This document shows, one piece after another, positions 9,312 to 18,608 of a stretch of 47,156 nucleotides of DNA (positions are counted from its first letter, which is position 1; each line of letters starts with the position of its first letter). The stretch is from a virus (taxonomy: Duplodnaviria; Caudoviricetes): IMG/VR virus record IMGVR_UViG_3300048892_000092, positions 1 through 47,156 of that record. One strand, 5' to 3'. The translations under genes and the position numbers were made by a program. The notes under the pieces were generated by a model. The model worked only from the letters and a program-made list of their open reading frames with translations. It was not told the origin of the DNA and did no database searches.

Positions 9312-9349
9312 TGGCGGGGGCCCTTCTGGCGGGGCCCCCGCCCTCTTCT
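9312..9349 (+). terminator. Hairpin after major capsid gene
   Basis: GGCGGGGGCCC-N8-GGGCCCCCGCC followed by CTCTTCT. Confidence 0.6.
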
Positions 9350-9361
9350 GAAAGGAGCAGC

Positions 9362-9925
9362 ATGAGATACCTGTCGAGGTTCGGCCAGTTCGCCGTGCAG
9401 GTGCGGCCGGAGATGCGCGAGGCGTTCGCGTCCGGCGTCGTCCGCGTCACCCAGGAGCAGGTGATCGCGAAGTTCGAGCCGGGCATCTGCCAGGCCGAGG
9501 AGCGCGACCTGGCGATCAAGCGCTGGTCGTTCAACGGCTCGCTGCAGGAGATGGACGAGGTGACGACGATCCAGCCCGACCACCGCATCGGCTTGTTCGA
9601 CTCGGCGATCGCGCAGTCCGACAACCAGTGGTCGGACGAGCTGCGCCAGGAGGTCGAGCGGCTGCTGAACGACCACGCGGAGCGCTTCGACGACGTGCTC
9701 GTCGTGCCGCACCACGGGCCGGAGCCGCCCTGGCCGCGCTACGACGCCTACAGCGGCACCCCCTCGCAGCTGCTGCGCAAGCTCATCGACGAGGGCCACG
9801 ACCTGCAGGGCGTGCTCGACTACGAGCGCGAGAACCAGAACCGCGAGCGTGTCGTCGAAGTACTAACGACGGCGCTCAGCGACCCGGAGACGCTCGCGCC
9901 GCGCGAGGAGGAGATCGTTGGATAG
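9362..9925 (+). CDS. Hypothetical protein (virion region)
   Basis: AAAGGAG SD; GC3-rich 187-aa ORF. Confidence 0.75.
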   Translation: MRYLSRFGQFAVQVRPEMREAFASGVVRVTQEQVIAKFEPGICQAEERDLAIKRWSFNGSLQEMDEVTTIQPDHRIGLFDSAIAQSDNQWSDELRQEVERLLNDHAERFDDVLVVPHHGPEPPWPRYDAYSGTPSQLLRKLIDEGHDLQGVLDYERENQNRERVVEVLTTALSDPETLAPREEEIVG

Positions 9926-10238
9926 GTGGCGCCAGCCGATCGTGCCGCTGCTGATCGAGCCGGTCAACCAGGTGCTGCTGCTCCCCGACGGGCGCCGTCA
10001 GGCTGAGGTGCAGTTCGTGCTCAGCGAGTTCGACATCATGCGGCTGCGCGCCGGTTACGGCTGCGCGAAATGCCTGCAGGTGTTCGAGCGCCCCTGGCCG
10101 GAGAAATGCCCCGCCTGCGGGGCCCCGATTCGAGACAAGCAGGCCGAGTACTTCGCGCGCGAGTACGGCGGCGTCGAGCGCTTCGGCCCCTCGACCACGC
10201 TCGCCGACGAGCGGGAACGACTGAGGGAGGGCGGATGA
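9918..10238 (+). CDS. Zinc-ribbon protein
   Basis: CAKC...CPAC; overlaps both neighbours. Confidence 0.7.
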   Translation: MDRWRQPIVPLLIEPVNQVLLLPDGRRQAEVQFVLSEFDIMRLRAGYGCAKCLQVFERPWPEKCPACGAPIRDKQAEYFAREYGGVERFGPSTTLADERERLREGG

Positions 10239-10423
10239 GCACGGTAACGATGATCAACTCGGTCGGCGAGAACGCAGCCGGATCCGAGATCGAGCTGCCC
10301 GACGAGATCGCGGATCTGTTCATCCTCCGCGGCTACGCCGACGGCACGCTCTCGCGCGACTACGACCCGAACGAGCGCGCCGAGATCCTCGGCGAGCAGC
10401 AGGTGGTGGGTCTCGGTGGCTAG
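10235..10423 (+). CDS. Small acidic hypothetical protein (62 aa)
   Basis: MSTVTMINSVGENAAG... after GGAGG; ATGA coupling. Confidence 0.65.
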   Translation: MSTVTMINSVGENAAGSEIELPDEIADLFILRGYADGTLSRDYDPNERAEILGEQQVVGLGG

Positions 10424-10844
10424 CGCCCACTACAACCTCTTCTTGCAGGAGGCGTGGAAGGGCACGCTCGGCGATCTCACCTCGGCTGGCGTTGCGGTCA
10501 AGGTGCGACTGATGCGCAGCTCCGCGTACACGTTCAGCCAGGCGCACCAGTTCGCCAGCTCGCTCCCGGCCGCGCTCGTCACCGACGTCACCCTCGGCAG
10601 CAAGGTTGCGAACGGCAACAGCCCCGGCGGCGGCAGCGACCCGGGCTGCTTCGACGCCGCCGACGCGACCTTCGTCGCCGTCCCTTCCGGGGCCGCGATC
10701 GACTGCCTCGCCATCTTCAGGGACACCGGCACGCCCGCGACGTCGAACTTGATGAGTTACATCGATGGTTTCACTGTGACTCCGAACGGAGGCGACATCA
10801 CGATCCAGTGGCAAGCCTCCGCGCCCTGGATCGCGAAGCTGTAA
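10416..10844 (+). CDS. Minor virion/tail protein
   Basis: FDAADATF...VTPNGGDITIQW pattern common in phage structural genes. Confidence 0.65.
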   Translation: MASAHYNLFLQEAWKGTLGDLTSAGVAVKVRLMRSSAYTFSQAHQFASSLPAALVTDVTLGSKVANGNSPGGGSDPGCFDAADATFVAVPSGAAIDCLAIFRDTGTPATSNLMSYIDGFTVTPNGGDITIQWQASAPWIAKL

Positions 10845-10855
10845 GGGGCTAGACG

Positions 10856-12136
10856 GTGGCGACCGTCTACGGCTCCACCATCGTCGGCACGTTCATTGTC
10901 GGCGACGGCCATGTTGTCGGGCCGAAGCTCACCCCGCGCAGCGTCTACCCGCCGGGCTTCATCGCCTCGATCTGCGGTGAGACGATCTGCGGCGACGGGC
11001 ACGTCTCGCTCGGTGCCCCAAGCGGCCAGTTCGGTACCGTCACCGTCTCGACCTCCAGCCCGCAGTCGCGGACGGTCACGGGCCTCGGTTCCGCGCAGCT
11101 CTTCGGTACCCCGACCGTCAGGGCGACGATCACTCGCACGGTCGGAGCCGTCGCCTCGGTGGCGGCGTTCGGCACGATCGCGTTCCGCGTCTCGGCACCG
11201 ACGGGTGGCGTTCCGACGGCGCAGCAGTTCGGCGTCCCGACCGCGAAGGCGGGGGCGGTCGTACGCACCGTCGGGTCGGTCGGCTCGGCGGCGAGCTTCG
11301 GCACCGTCAGCGCGAAGAGCGTCTTCGTTCGCACGGTCACTGGTGTCGGTTCGGCGCAGGCCTTCGGCACGCCGACGACCAAGACGACGGTCAAGGTCAC
11401 GCCGAGCGGGCTCGGGAGCGCCCAGAGCTTCGGCGTCCCGACCGTCAAGGCAACCGTCACGCGCACGCTCGTCGGGCTCGGCAGCGCGCAGGCGTTCGGC
11501 TCGATCATCGCGGCCGTTCCGAAACAGGTCGGCGGCGTCTCCTCCGCACAGGCGTTCGGGGTGCCGCGCACCAAGGTCACCGTCCCAATCACGGGACTCG
11601 GCTCAGCGGGGCTCTTCGGGACACCGACGATCCCGCAGTGGCTGACCGTCCGCGGGCTCGGCACGGCGCAGGCGTTCGGGAACACGATCGGCGGTTTGTT
11701 CGTCGGGCATCTGTGGCTCGACGAACTCGACTGCATCGCCTCCGCGGACGTTCCGATCTGCGGGGTCGCGATCTGCGACGACCCCACCATCTGCGGCGGG
11801 CTCAGCTTCAACGAGACCTTCGATTGCCTCGACTCGCTCTTCCCGCCGATCGTCAACGAGTTCATCTGCGGGCAGCGACTCGTCGGCGGCATCCCCTTCC
11901 AGGCCGAGCTGGACTGCATCGACTCGCCGCTCCCGGCGCTCTGCGACGAGATCACGCTCTGCGGCACCGTCGTCTGCGGCGGTGCCAGCTTCATCAACGA
12001 CGAGCCCTGCTTCATCGAGCCGGAGCCGCTGCTCGTCAACACGTTCCTGGTCGGGACACGTCTCGTCGGCGGCTACACGTATCTGTTCCCGCCTGTCACC
12101 CGAACCATTGATCTTCAACCTGCGGGGTGCCTATGA
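10856..12136 (+). CDS. Repeat-rich tail/fibre protein
   Basis: About 10 repeats of V-x-G-(L/V)-G-S-A-Q-A-F-G-x-P-T, plus Cys-rich ICG repeats at both ends. Confidence 0.65.
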   Translation: MATVYGSTIVGTFIVGDGHVVGPKLTPRSVYPPGFIASICGETICGDGHVSLGAPSGQFGTVTVSTSSPQSRTVTGLGSAQLFGTPTVRATITRTVGAVASVAAFGTIAFRVSAPTGGVPTAQQFGVPTAKAGAVVRTVGSVGSAASFGTVSAKSVFVRTVTGVGSAQAFGTPTTKTTVKVTPSGLGSAQSFGVPTVKATVTRTLVGLGSAQAFGSIIAAVPKQVGGVSSAQAFGVPRTKVTVPITGLGSAGLFGTPTIPQWLTVRGLGTAQAFGNTIGGLFVGHLWLDELDCIASADVPICGVAICDDPTICGGLSFNETFDCLDSLFPPIVNEFICGQRLVGGIPFQAELDCIDSPLPALCDEITLCGTVVCGGASFINDEPCFIEPEPLLVNTFLVGTRLVGGYTYLFPPVTRTIDLQPAGCL

Positions 12137-12744
12137 CGTACACGAAGACAGTCTGGACTGACAACGTCACGCCTGTCGATGCGGCGAAGATGAACAACAT
12201 CGAGAGCGGGATCGCCTCCGTTGATCTGGGCAAGCCGAGCTACGGCACCTCGCTGCCCGCCTCGCCGGTCGACGGCCAGGAGGCGATCCTGGTTGACGTC
12301 CTGGGTGGTGCGAACTACTCATGGCGGTTCCGCTACAACGCCCCGTCAAGCTCGCCGCGAAAGTGGGAGTTCATCGGCGGCACCCCCTGGATGGTGGCGG
12401 ATGCCGCCAATCCCGGCACGCAGGGGGCGGGTTGGCACGAACTTTCGACGCCCGCCCTCACCATCCCTCGCAGCGGCTATTACATGGTCGAGACGAACAT
12501 CGACCAAGGCGGCACCCAGGCTCCGGGGCTGATGGCGCAGGGGCCGAACTTCAGCGGCCAGCCGAGTCCCAGCTACTACAGCCAGTTCTACGCAGACTCA
12601 GCCAACGTCTGCGGCTGGGCACCGATCAAATGCCCGCTGCTCTGTTCGGCGGGCGCGGTTCTGAAGATTTTCGGCTACGGCGCGAACGGGACATGGACTG
12701 TCAACAACCGCTGGATCTGCGTCACACCGTTGGCTGTTTCCTAA
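12133..12744 (+). CDS. Putative receptor-binding/fibre protein, paralog of 599-1207
   Basis: MTYTKTVWTDNVTPVDAAKMNNIE...LPASPVDGQE...KWEFIGGT. Confidence 0.6.
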   Translation: MTYTKTVWTDNVTPVDAAKMNNIESGIASVDLGKPSYGTSLPASPVDGQEAILVDVLGGANYSWRFRYNAPSSSPRKWEFIGGTPWMVADAANPGTQGAGWHELSTPALTIPRSGYYMVETNIDQGGTQAPGLMAQGPNFSGQPSPSYYSQFYADSANVCGWAPIKCPLLCSAGAVLKIFGYGANGTWTVNNRWICVTPLAVS

Positions 12745-12758
12745 TCGAAAGGAGCACG

Positions 12759-13061
12759 ATGAGTCCTGCTGGATCGAAGGAAGAGAAGAAGCTGCCGGTG
12801 CCCTCGGGGCATCCGCAGGCCGGGTACGTCAGCCCCGATCTGTCCGGCTCGGACGGGGTCGAGATCCTGCCCGATGAGGAGCAGAAGCTGAAGGACGAGC
12901 GCGACCAGGCGCGCGAGGACGAGCTGAAGGCCGTCACCGAGAGCGAGGACAAGGCGGCGCGCGAGGACGCGAAGGCCGCGGAGGAGGCTGCGAAGGCGCA
13001 GCAGGCCGACGCGAGCAAGCAGGCCGCGCCGACGACCACGAAGGCCAGCTCGGGCTCGTAA
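12759..13061 (+). CDS. Charged Ala/Lys/Glu-rich hypothetical protein
   Basis: AAAGGAG SD; ATG at 12759; TAATG coupling to the endolysin. Confidence 0.7.
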   Translation: MSPAGSKEEKKLPVPSGHPQAGYVSPDLSGSDGVEILPDEEQKLKDERDQAREDELKAVTESEDKAAREDAKAAEEAAKAQQADASKQAAPTTTKASSGS

Positions 13062-13987
13062 TGAGCGCATGGTGGGAAGCCCCGTACAAGGGTGGGCCGA
13101 TGGTTCCCGTACCGGGCTTCCCGCGTCCGCTCTACCCGCCCGATGCCGCTCCAAACCGGACGCCCTCGGTCAACGGGCCGGACGTAGAAGCCTATAAGCG
13201 GACTTGCTGGCGAGCTGGCAGATGGCCGGGGCCCGCCTCGAACTTCGACCGAGCCTTCTCGAACGCCTTCAGCCACGGCAAGTCCGGGAACGTCGGCGAG
13301 ACCGGGATCGCCGGAGTGCAACGTCAGCAAGGCATCGAGGCTTCGGGATTCGTGGGATTGGCAACGTTCAACACGCTGCGCTCGATTCGCTGCCCGACAG
13401 GGCCCCATCAGGGCGAGATGGCGATGGACGCCAACGCGGCGAACCTGATCGCGCAGGCCTGGCAGCTGTACGGCGGCGAGGAGCCAGCTCCCGAGCCGCC
13501 GCCCGTCGAGGGGAAGACGACCAGGCAGCGCGCGCTCGAAGCCGCGATCGGCTACATCGGCTACAAGGAGAACCCGCCTAACAGTAACGACTCGAAATTC
13601 GGAGAATGGTACGGCGCTAATTACCAGCCGTGGTGCGCGACATTCGTGTCATATTGCTACGAGGTTGACGCGGGCGGATCGCCCAGTTTTGCGAAAGGGC
13701 AAAACTACGCCTATGTGCCATATATGGTCTCGGACGGTAGGGATAACCGAAATGGCTTGAGTATCCCCAGCTCGGTTATTCCGGGGGATCTGGTGACCTA
13801 CAATTGGGACGGCGGCCCGGACGGCACCTACGATCATGTCGGCATATTCGAGGCCTGGACGGGCGGCTCGAGTTTTACGGCCATCGAAGGAAATACTTCG
13901 GTTGACAACAACAGCAATGGAGGGGCCGTGATGCGCAGGCAGCGCTCGGCTACCGCGCAGACGACGACCTTCATTCGCGTCGCGTGA
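13061..13987 (+). CDS. Endolysin with peptidoglycan-binding-like N-terminus and CHAP domain
   Basis: QPWCATFVSYC, PGDLVTYNW, DHVGIF, TAIEGNT (CHAP); VQRQQGIEASGFVGLATF (PG-binding-like). Confidence 0.85.
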   Translation: MSAWWEAPYKGGPMVPVPGFPRPLYPPDAAPNRTPSVNGPDVEAYKRTCWRAGRWPGPASNFDRAFSNAFSHGKSGNVGETGIAGVQRQQGIEASGFVGLATFNTLRSIRCPTGPHQGEMAMDANAANLIAQAWQLYGGEEPAPEPPPVEGKTTRQRALEAAIGYIGYKENPPNSNDSKFGEWYGANYQPWCATFVSYCYEVDAGGSPSFAKGQNYAYVPYMVSDGRDNRNGLSIPSSVIPGDLVTYNWDGGPDGTYDHVGIFEAWTGGSSFTAIEGNTSVDNNSNGGAVMRRQRSATAQTTTFIRVA

Positions 13988-13988
13988 C

Positions 13989-14219
13989 GTGTCCTCCGAC
14001 ACGATCGCGGCGTTCGGGGCGTTCCTGTCCGGCGCCGGGAGCGTGCTCGGCGCAGCGTTCGTGATCCGCTCGATGCGGAAGCGGATGGAGCGGGAGTGCC
14101 GCGAGCGGCTGGAGCTGTACAAGCAGGGGCTCACCAGGGGGGAGGAGCATGATCGCGTTCATACGGAGACAGGGTCTGGTGATCGCGATGCTGGGGGCGT
14201 TGGCCCTGGCGAGCATTAG
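13989..14219 (+). CDS. Holin-like membrane protein
   Basis: One TM segment then a basic tail, directly after the endolysin. Confidence 0.5.
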   Translation: MSSDTIAAFGAFLSGAGSVLGAAFVIRSMRKRMERECRERLELYKQGLTRGEEHDRVHTETGSGDRDAGGVGPGEH

Positions 14220-14463
14220 CGGGTTCTTCGCCGCCAAAGCCCTCGGGGTCGGCTTCGCTGGGGCGCCGACGAAGACCACCACGGTTCAGGTCGGCGGCGA
14301 AACAGGCCCGACCGGCCCGGCAGGGCCAGCAGGCCCGGCGGGGCCGCCGGGGCCAGCCGGAACCGGCGGTGCTGATCAGTGCCCGACCGGCAGCGACTTC
14401 GAGGCGGTCGTGCTCAACTCGCCGGGCGGTCACGTCGAAGTGTGGACGTGCGTGAAGCAGTGA
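14149..14463 (+). CDS. Membrane-anchored collagen-like protein
   Basis: TM + (GPx)n repeat + C-terminal Cys pair; GGAGGAG SD. Confidence 0.7.
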   Translation: MIAFIRRQGLVIAMLGALALASISGFFAAKALGVGFAGAPTKTTTVQVGGETGPTGPAGPAGPAGPPGPAGTGGADQCPTGSDFEAVVLNSPGGHVEVWTCVKQ

Positions 14464-14675
14464 TCGCGACCGACGCTTTCTCGGCGCTCCCGGTCGTGCT
14501 CGCGAGCATGCTGATCCTGGTCTTGATGGTGCTCGTCTACAAGTACCTGACCCGCACCCGCGACATGCGCGTCGGGAAGACACGCTTCGGGTTCTTCGTC
14601 GAGCGCGAACCGTTCGAGGACGAGGAGGTCGAGGCCGTGACCGAGAGCTGGCCGAAACGGGGGCTCGATGACTAA
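14460..14675 (+). CDS. Single-TM protein (lysis cassette)
   Basis: LPVVLASMLILVLMVLVY; GTGA overlap. Confidence 0.6.
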   Translation: MIATDAFSALPVVLASMLILVLMVLVYKYLTRTRDMRVGKTRFGFFVEREPFEDEEVEAVTESWPKRGLDD

Positions 14676-15324
14676 GAAGCAGATGCAGGATCAGGTCGTG
14701 AACTGGCTCGGCCTGCAGGACGTCGACTCCTACAACGAGACGACGATGGTCAACGACCTCCTCTACCAGGGCACGATCGACCTCTTGTCACGCACCCGCT
14801 GCACGGTGCGCTGCGTGCAGCTGCGCGTGCAGGCCGGGCAGGACGAGTACACGCTCGACCACGGCATCCTCGCGCTGGTCGACGTCGAGAACGGCGCCCG
14901 CCCGAGGCTGCGCCGCAACCAGCTCGCCGACGCGACCGACCCCGGCTTCACGCTGATCCGCTCGGACGTGCTGCTCGTCGCGCCCGCCCCGACTGTCGAC
15001 GGGACGATCCAGGTCTGGGGCGTGATGCGCCCGCAGCAGATGACGGCCGACACTGACTCGCCCGACAGCGAGAGCTTCGGCGCGATCCCGACCGAGTACC
15101 ACGACGCGATCGTCACCTACGCGATGTGGAAGGCGGCCGACTACAGCGACGACGCCGGGTCGCAGCAGGGCGAGCGCTACCGTGTCCTCTACGAGGGTCA
15201 GGACGGCCGCGGCGGCAGGCTCGGGCAGATCAAGAGTCTGGTCAACAAGCGCGGCACCGCGCGCGCCGCGGCGCGCAAGGTGACGGTCAAGACCCTCAAC
15301 TCGCACGCCTCCTACGTCGGCTGA
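14668..15324 (+). CDS. Head-tail adaptor (tail tubular A-like)
   Basis: AGQDEYTL...PAPTVDGTI...IPTEYHDAIVTYA is typical of podophage adaptors. Confidence 0.75.
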   Translation: MTKKQMQDQVVNWLGLQDVDSYNETTMVNDLLYQGTIDLLSRTRCTVRCVQLRVQAGQDEYTLDHGILALVDVENGARPRLRRNQLADATDPGFTLIRSDVLLVAPAPTVDGTIQVWGVMRPQQMTADTDSPDSESFGAIPTEYHDAIVTYAMWKAADYSDDAGSQQGERYRVLYEGQDGRGGRLGQIKSLVNKRGTARAAARKVTVKTLNSHASYVG

Positions 15325-16859
15325 TGGGCGCACCGACCTCGCTGCTCGGCAACGCGCGAGCGTTCGCCCGCGACTTCGCGCGCGACAAGATGACCCGCGA
15401 CTACCTGTGGGACGTCGTCGACTACGTGCCGATCATCATCGACGCCGGGCTGACCGGTCGCGGCGGCTGGCGCTGGGGCACCGACCCGTTGAACGGCGAC
15501 GTCATCTCGGGGTTGCTCGCCACTTACGCCTCCGGCGATCAGCTGATCCTGCAGACGACGGCGGGGTCGGTCTACAACTGCAACCCGCTCCCGCCCGGGA
15601 ACATGATCTCGCTGCGAGGCAGCAGCGGCTGGACGAGCAAGCAGAACCCGATCCAGCGCTACGAGGACGTGATCATGTTCAACGCGCTCGGTCAGGCTCC
15701 TCCGATCATCATCCGCTCCTCGACATTCGGGGGAGCGCCGAGCCCGGCGCCGAACGCGGCGGTCGGGACGGTCTGGGGGGAGTACGTCGTCACCGGGGGC
15801 GGCTCCGGCGAGGAGGACACGGTCAGGTTCAGCCACCCCTCGAACGACCTGATGAGCGCGAGCGGCTGGGACGTGAACAGCTTCCAGCGCACCTCGATGA
15901 AGGTGACCGGATTGGGCGCGCTGCGCTCGGTGCTGATCGTCTTCCACGCCGGGTCGACCGAGCGGATCCGCGGCTCGCAGCCCCCGGCGACCGGCACCAC
16001 CTCCGACGACCTGAACCTGGAGCCGCTGTTCGCCCGCGCAGGCTGTCCCGACCCGAAGGCAATCGCCTACTGGAACGAGAACCTGATCTTCGCTGACGAG
16101 CATGGTGTGCATGTCACCGATGGCGCTGTCATAAGGAATTTGGTCAGCCAGGGCGGGATCCTCACCTACTGGCGTCCGCTCTGGCAGACGCGCACCTCGC
16201 TCGCCGCCTGCACGTTCCTCGACTACTACATCATTACGCTGCGTCAATCCTCGGGCGGCCCGGTCACGCTGATCTGCGACCTGAACGCCAGGCAGTGGTT
16301 CCGCTTCTCGAACATCGACTCGATCGACTACATCGCCTCGGGCGGCAGCGGCGGCATGGAGCGCGTCTGGGCGGGGATCTCGGGAACGAGCCGCACCGCC
16401 CGCATCGGGCCCTGCTTCTTCCCCTTCCCCGACGGGCAGGAGTCCGACGACAACGGCGTCGCGGTGCTGCCGGTGTTCGAGACGCCCTGGTATCGGCTCG
16501 CGCAGCAGGAGGGTCGCAAGCGGGTGCGGTTCGTCTATCTGAGCTATGACGCGCGCATCTCCGGCGGCCTGACCGACACGACGAAGTCCGATGAGGGGGC
16601 GCCGCCCCTGGCGCCGCCGAGCGTGCTGGCTGCGCTCGCGCCGATCCTGGAGGTCGGCTACATCCGTTCGCCGCAGCAGACGAGCTACACGATGATCGGG
16701 CAGCTGCCGGTGACGACCGAGTACCGCCGCTTCCGGCTGCCGGTGAACCAGTTCCCGTACGGGGTCGCGTTCAAGGTGCGGCAGCTCGTCCCCTCCACCG
16801 TCACGCGCGTGTTCGACCTCGGCGTCGAGGCGACCGCAGCTGAAAGGAGCCGTGTGTGA
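15324..16859 (+). CDS. Tail nozzle/stabilisation protein (P22 gp10/tubular B-like)
   Basis: Beta-propeller-like, 511 aa; VRFS...GC...LIFADEHGV; TGATG coupling; synteny. Confidence 0.7.
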   Translation: MGAPTSLLGNARAFARDFARDKMTRDYLWDVVDYVPIIIDAGLTGRGGWRWGTDPLNGDVISGLLATYASGDQLILQTTAGSVYNCNPLPPGNMISLRGSSGWTSKQNPIQRYEDVIMFNALGQAPPIIIRSSTFGGAPSPAPNAAVGTVWGEYVVTGGGSGEEDTVRFSHPSNDLMSASGWDVNSFQRTSMKVTGLGALRSVLIVFHAGSTERIRGSQPPATGTTSDDLNLEPLFARAGCPDPKAIAYWNENLIFADEHGVHVTDGAVIRNLVSQGGILTYWRPLWQTRTSLAACTFLDYYIITLRQSSGGPVTLICDLNARQWFRFSNIDSIDYIASGGSGGMERVWAGISGTSRTARIGPCFFPFPDGQESDDNGVAVLPVFETPWYRLAQQEGRKRVRFVYLSYDARISGGLTDTTKSDEGAPPLAPPSVLAALAPILEVGYIRSPQQTSYTMIGQLPVTTEYRRFRLPVNQFPYGVAFKVRQLVPSTVTRVFDLGVEATAAERSRV

Positions 16860-17524
16860 GTAGCGCGCTGCACGGCGAGGGCGCGACCGGCCCCGCCGAT
16901 GCGCGTCCGCTCTCAGACCAGGAATACCAGCTGCTGCAGCGGCTGCTCTCCGACCCGCTCAGCCTGCCGATCCAGTTCAAGACCTGGCTGGTCGCGTACC
17001 TGGAGGGCTCCGACCTGACGCTGCCGATGAGCGCGATCCTCGGGCTGCGCTCGACGCTCGGGATCGCCGGGGCGGGGAAGGGCACGCTCGGGATCTTCCC
17101 GGCTGGGCTGATCCTCCCGTTCGCCGCCACCAGCGCCCCGGAGGGCTCGCTGCTCTGCGACGGCGCCGCCTACGCGACCGCTGCGCAGGCGCGGCTGTTC
17201 GCGGCGATCGGCTACAGCTACGGCGGCGGCGGCGGCACGTTCAACGTCCCCGACATCCGCGGGCGGATCCCCGCCGGGAAGGGCACGCACGGCGCCGTCG
17301 ACACGCTCGGCAAGAACGAGGGCGTCGGGCTCGGGGATCGCTCGCCGATCCACCGCACCAGCGACGGTGGCGGCGCAGCCTCGGAGGGGATCACGGCGGG
17401 TGCCGACGCGCAGGTTTATGGCTCGGCCGCGGGCGCCGAGGTCGGCGTCCACCACCACGGCCCGGCGACGGCGCCGGTCGACACCCCCGCCTTCATCGTC
17501 CTGAACTTCATCATCGTCGCCTGA
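16856..17524 (+). CDS. Tail-collar domain fibre protein
   Basis: PAGLILPFA...APEGSLLCDGAAY...LFAAIGYSYGGGGGTFNVPDIRGR. Confidence 0.85.
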   Translation: MSSALHGEGATGPADARPLSDQEYQLLQRLLSDPLSLPIQFKTWLVAYLEGSDLTLPMSAILGLRSTLGIAGAGKGTLGIFPAGLILPFAATSAPEGSLLCDGAAYATAAQARLFAAIGYSYGGGGGTFNVPDIRGRIPAGKGTHGAVDTLGKNEGVGLGDRSPIHRTSDGGGAASEGITAGADAQVYGSAAGAEVGVHHHGPATAPVDTPAFIVLNFIIVA

Positions 17525-17531
17525 AGGAGGC

Positions 17532-18608
17532 TTGATGGCGATCAAAGCAGCGCCCAGCTACGCCCCCTACGGCAGCAAGGCGTACGGCGGCACGGCCTAC
17601 AAGCCGCCACCGGCACCGAAGCCCGCGCCGATCAAGGCCGCGCCGATCGGCTACACCGGCAGCGGCTGGAACTACCCGCTCGGCAACACGGGCACGATGG
17701 CGAACTACTCGCCGACCGGCTCGACTTTCTCGCCGGGCGTGCCCGCTGCGCCCGTCGCCCCGCCGCCTCCGAGCAACAACCTCGCCGCTGCTGCTTCTCG
17801 CGCCGCCGCGGCGAACCCGTCAGGCGTGCTCGGTTTCAACCCGTACGTGGGCGAGATCGAGTCCGACCCGATGTACGGGCTCGGGCTGGCGCAGCGCAAC
17901 GCGAACATCAACGCGCTGGAGGCGTCGCGGCGGACGGCGAACCAGCAGGCGGTGATCGCTGGCGGCTACAACCCGGGCGAATTCAACAGCGCCGCGCTCG
18001 GCGAGTACGCGGGGGACATCACCCCGGAGACGCTCGCCGCTGCTGCGCAGAACCAATTCTCGACCAAGGCGCAGCTCGTCAAGGGGCTCGGGCAGCAGAT
18101 GTCGGCGATGCCGTACGACCTGGCGCGTCGAGGCGCGACCCGCTCCGGCGCCGCGCAGACGCACGCGACCGCCTATAACGAGGCGTTCCAGTCGTCGTCG
18201 AACCAGGCGATGCAGGAGCTGGCGAAGCAGCTGTCGGGGAACCAGAGCGACTACCTGACGGGTCGCACTCAGGCTGAGGCGGACTGGATGACGAGGCAGC
18301 AGGACATCTCCTCGCGGCTCGCGCAAATCTACGGCTACAACAAGGCGGCGAACGCGCAGGGCCAGTACCCGGACGTCGGCGAGGAGGCGATCACCAGCCC
18401 GGATGTGGTCTCCGGCGGGCTCGGCGGTATCAACGGCATCGTCGCCCCCAGGTTGACTCCTGCGGTACGTACGGGGTTGGTTTCTCCGAGCGCGGCAACG
18501 CGAGCCCAGGCTGCAGCATCGGCGGGGTTCATCTCGCCGACCCCGAATGTGAACATCCCCAAGGCGGCTGTGTCGAAGGCGATCGCGGCCGTCAGGAAGA
18601 AGAAGTAG
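17532..18608 (+). CDS. Internal virion (ejection) protein
   Basis: Ala/Gln/Gly-rich, LARRGATRSGA motif, position after the tail genes. Confidence 0.6.
   Translation: MMAIKAAPSYAPYGSKAYGGTAYKPPPAPKPAPIKAAPIGYTGSGWNYPLGNTGTMANYSPTGSTFSPGVPAAPVAPPPPSNNLAAAASRAAAANPSGVLGFNPYVGEIESDPMYGLGLAQRNANINALEASRRTANQQAVIAGGYNPGEFNSAALGEYAGDITPETLAAAAQNQFSTKAQLVKGLGQQMSAMPYDLARRGATRSGAAQTHATAYNEAFQSSSNQAMQELAKQLSGNQSDYLTGRTQAEADWMTRQQDISSRLAQIYGYNKAANAQGQYPDVGEEAITSPDVVSGGLGGINGIVAPRLTPAVRTGLVSPSAATRAQAAASAGFISPTPNVNIPKAAVSKAIAAVRKKK

Noticed and set aside
599-12744. Diversity-generating retroelement acting on the fibre paralogs
   Set aside because: No reverse transcriptase and no near-identical template/variable repeat differing at adenines.
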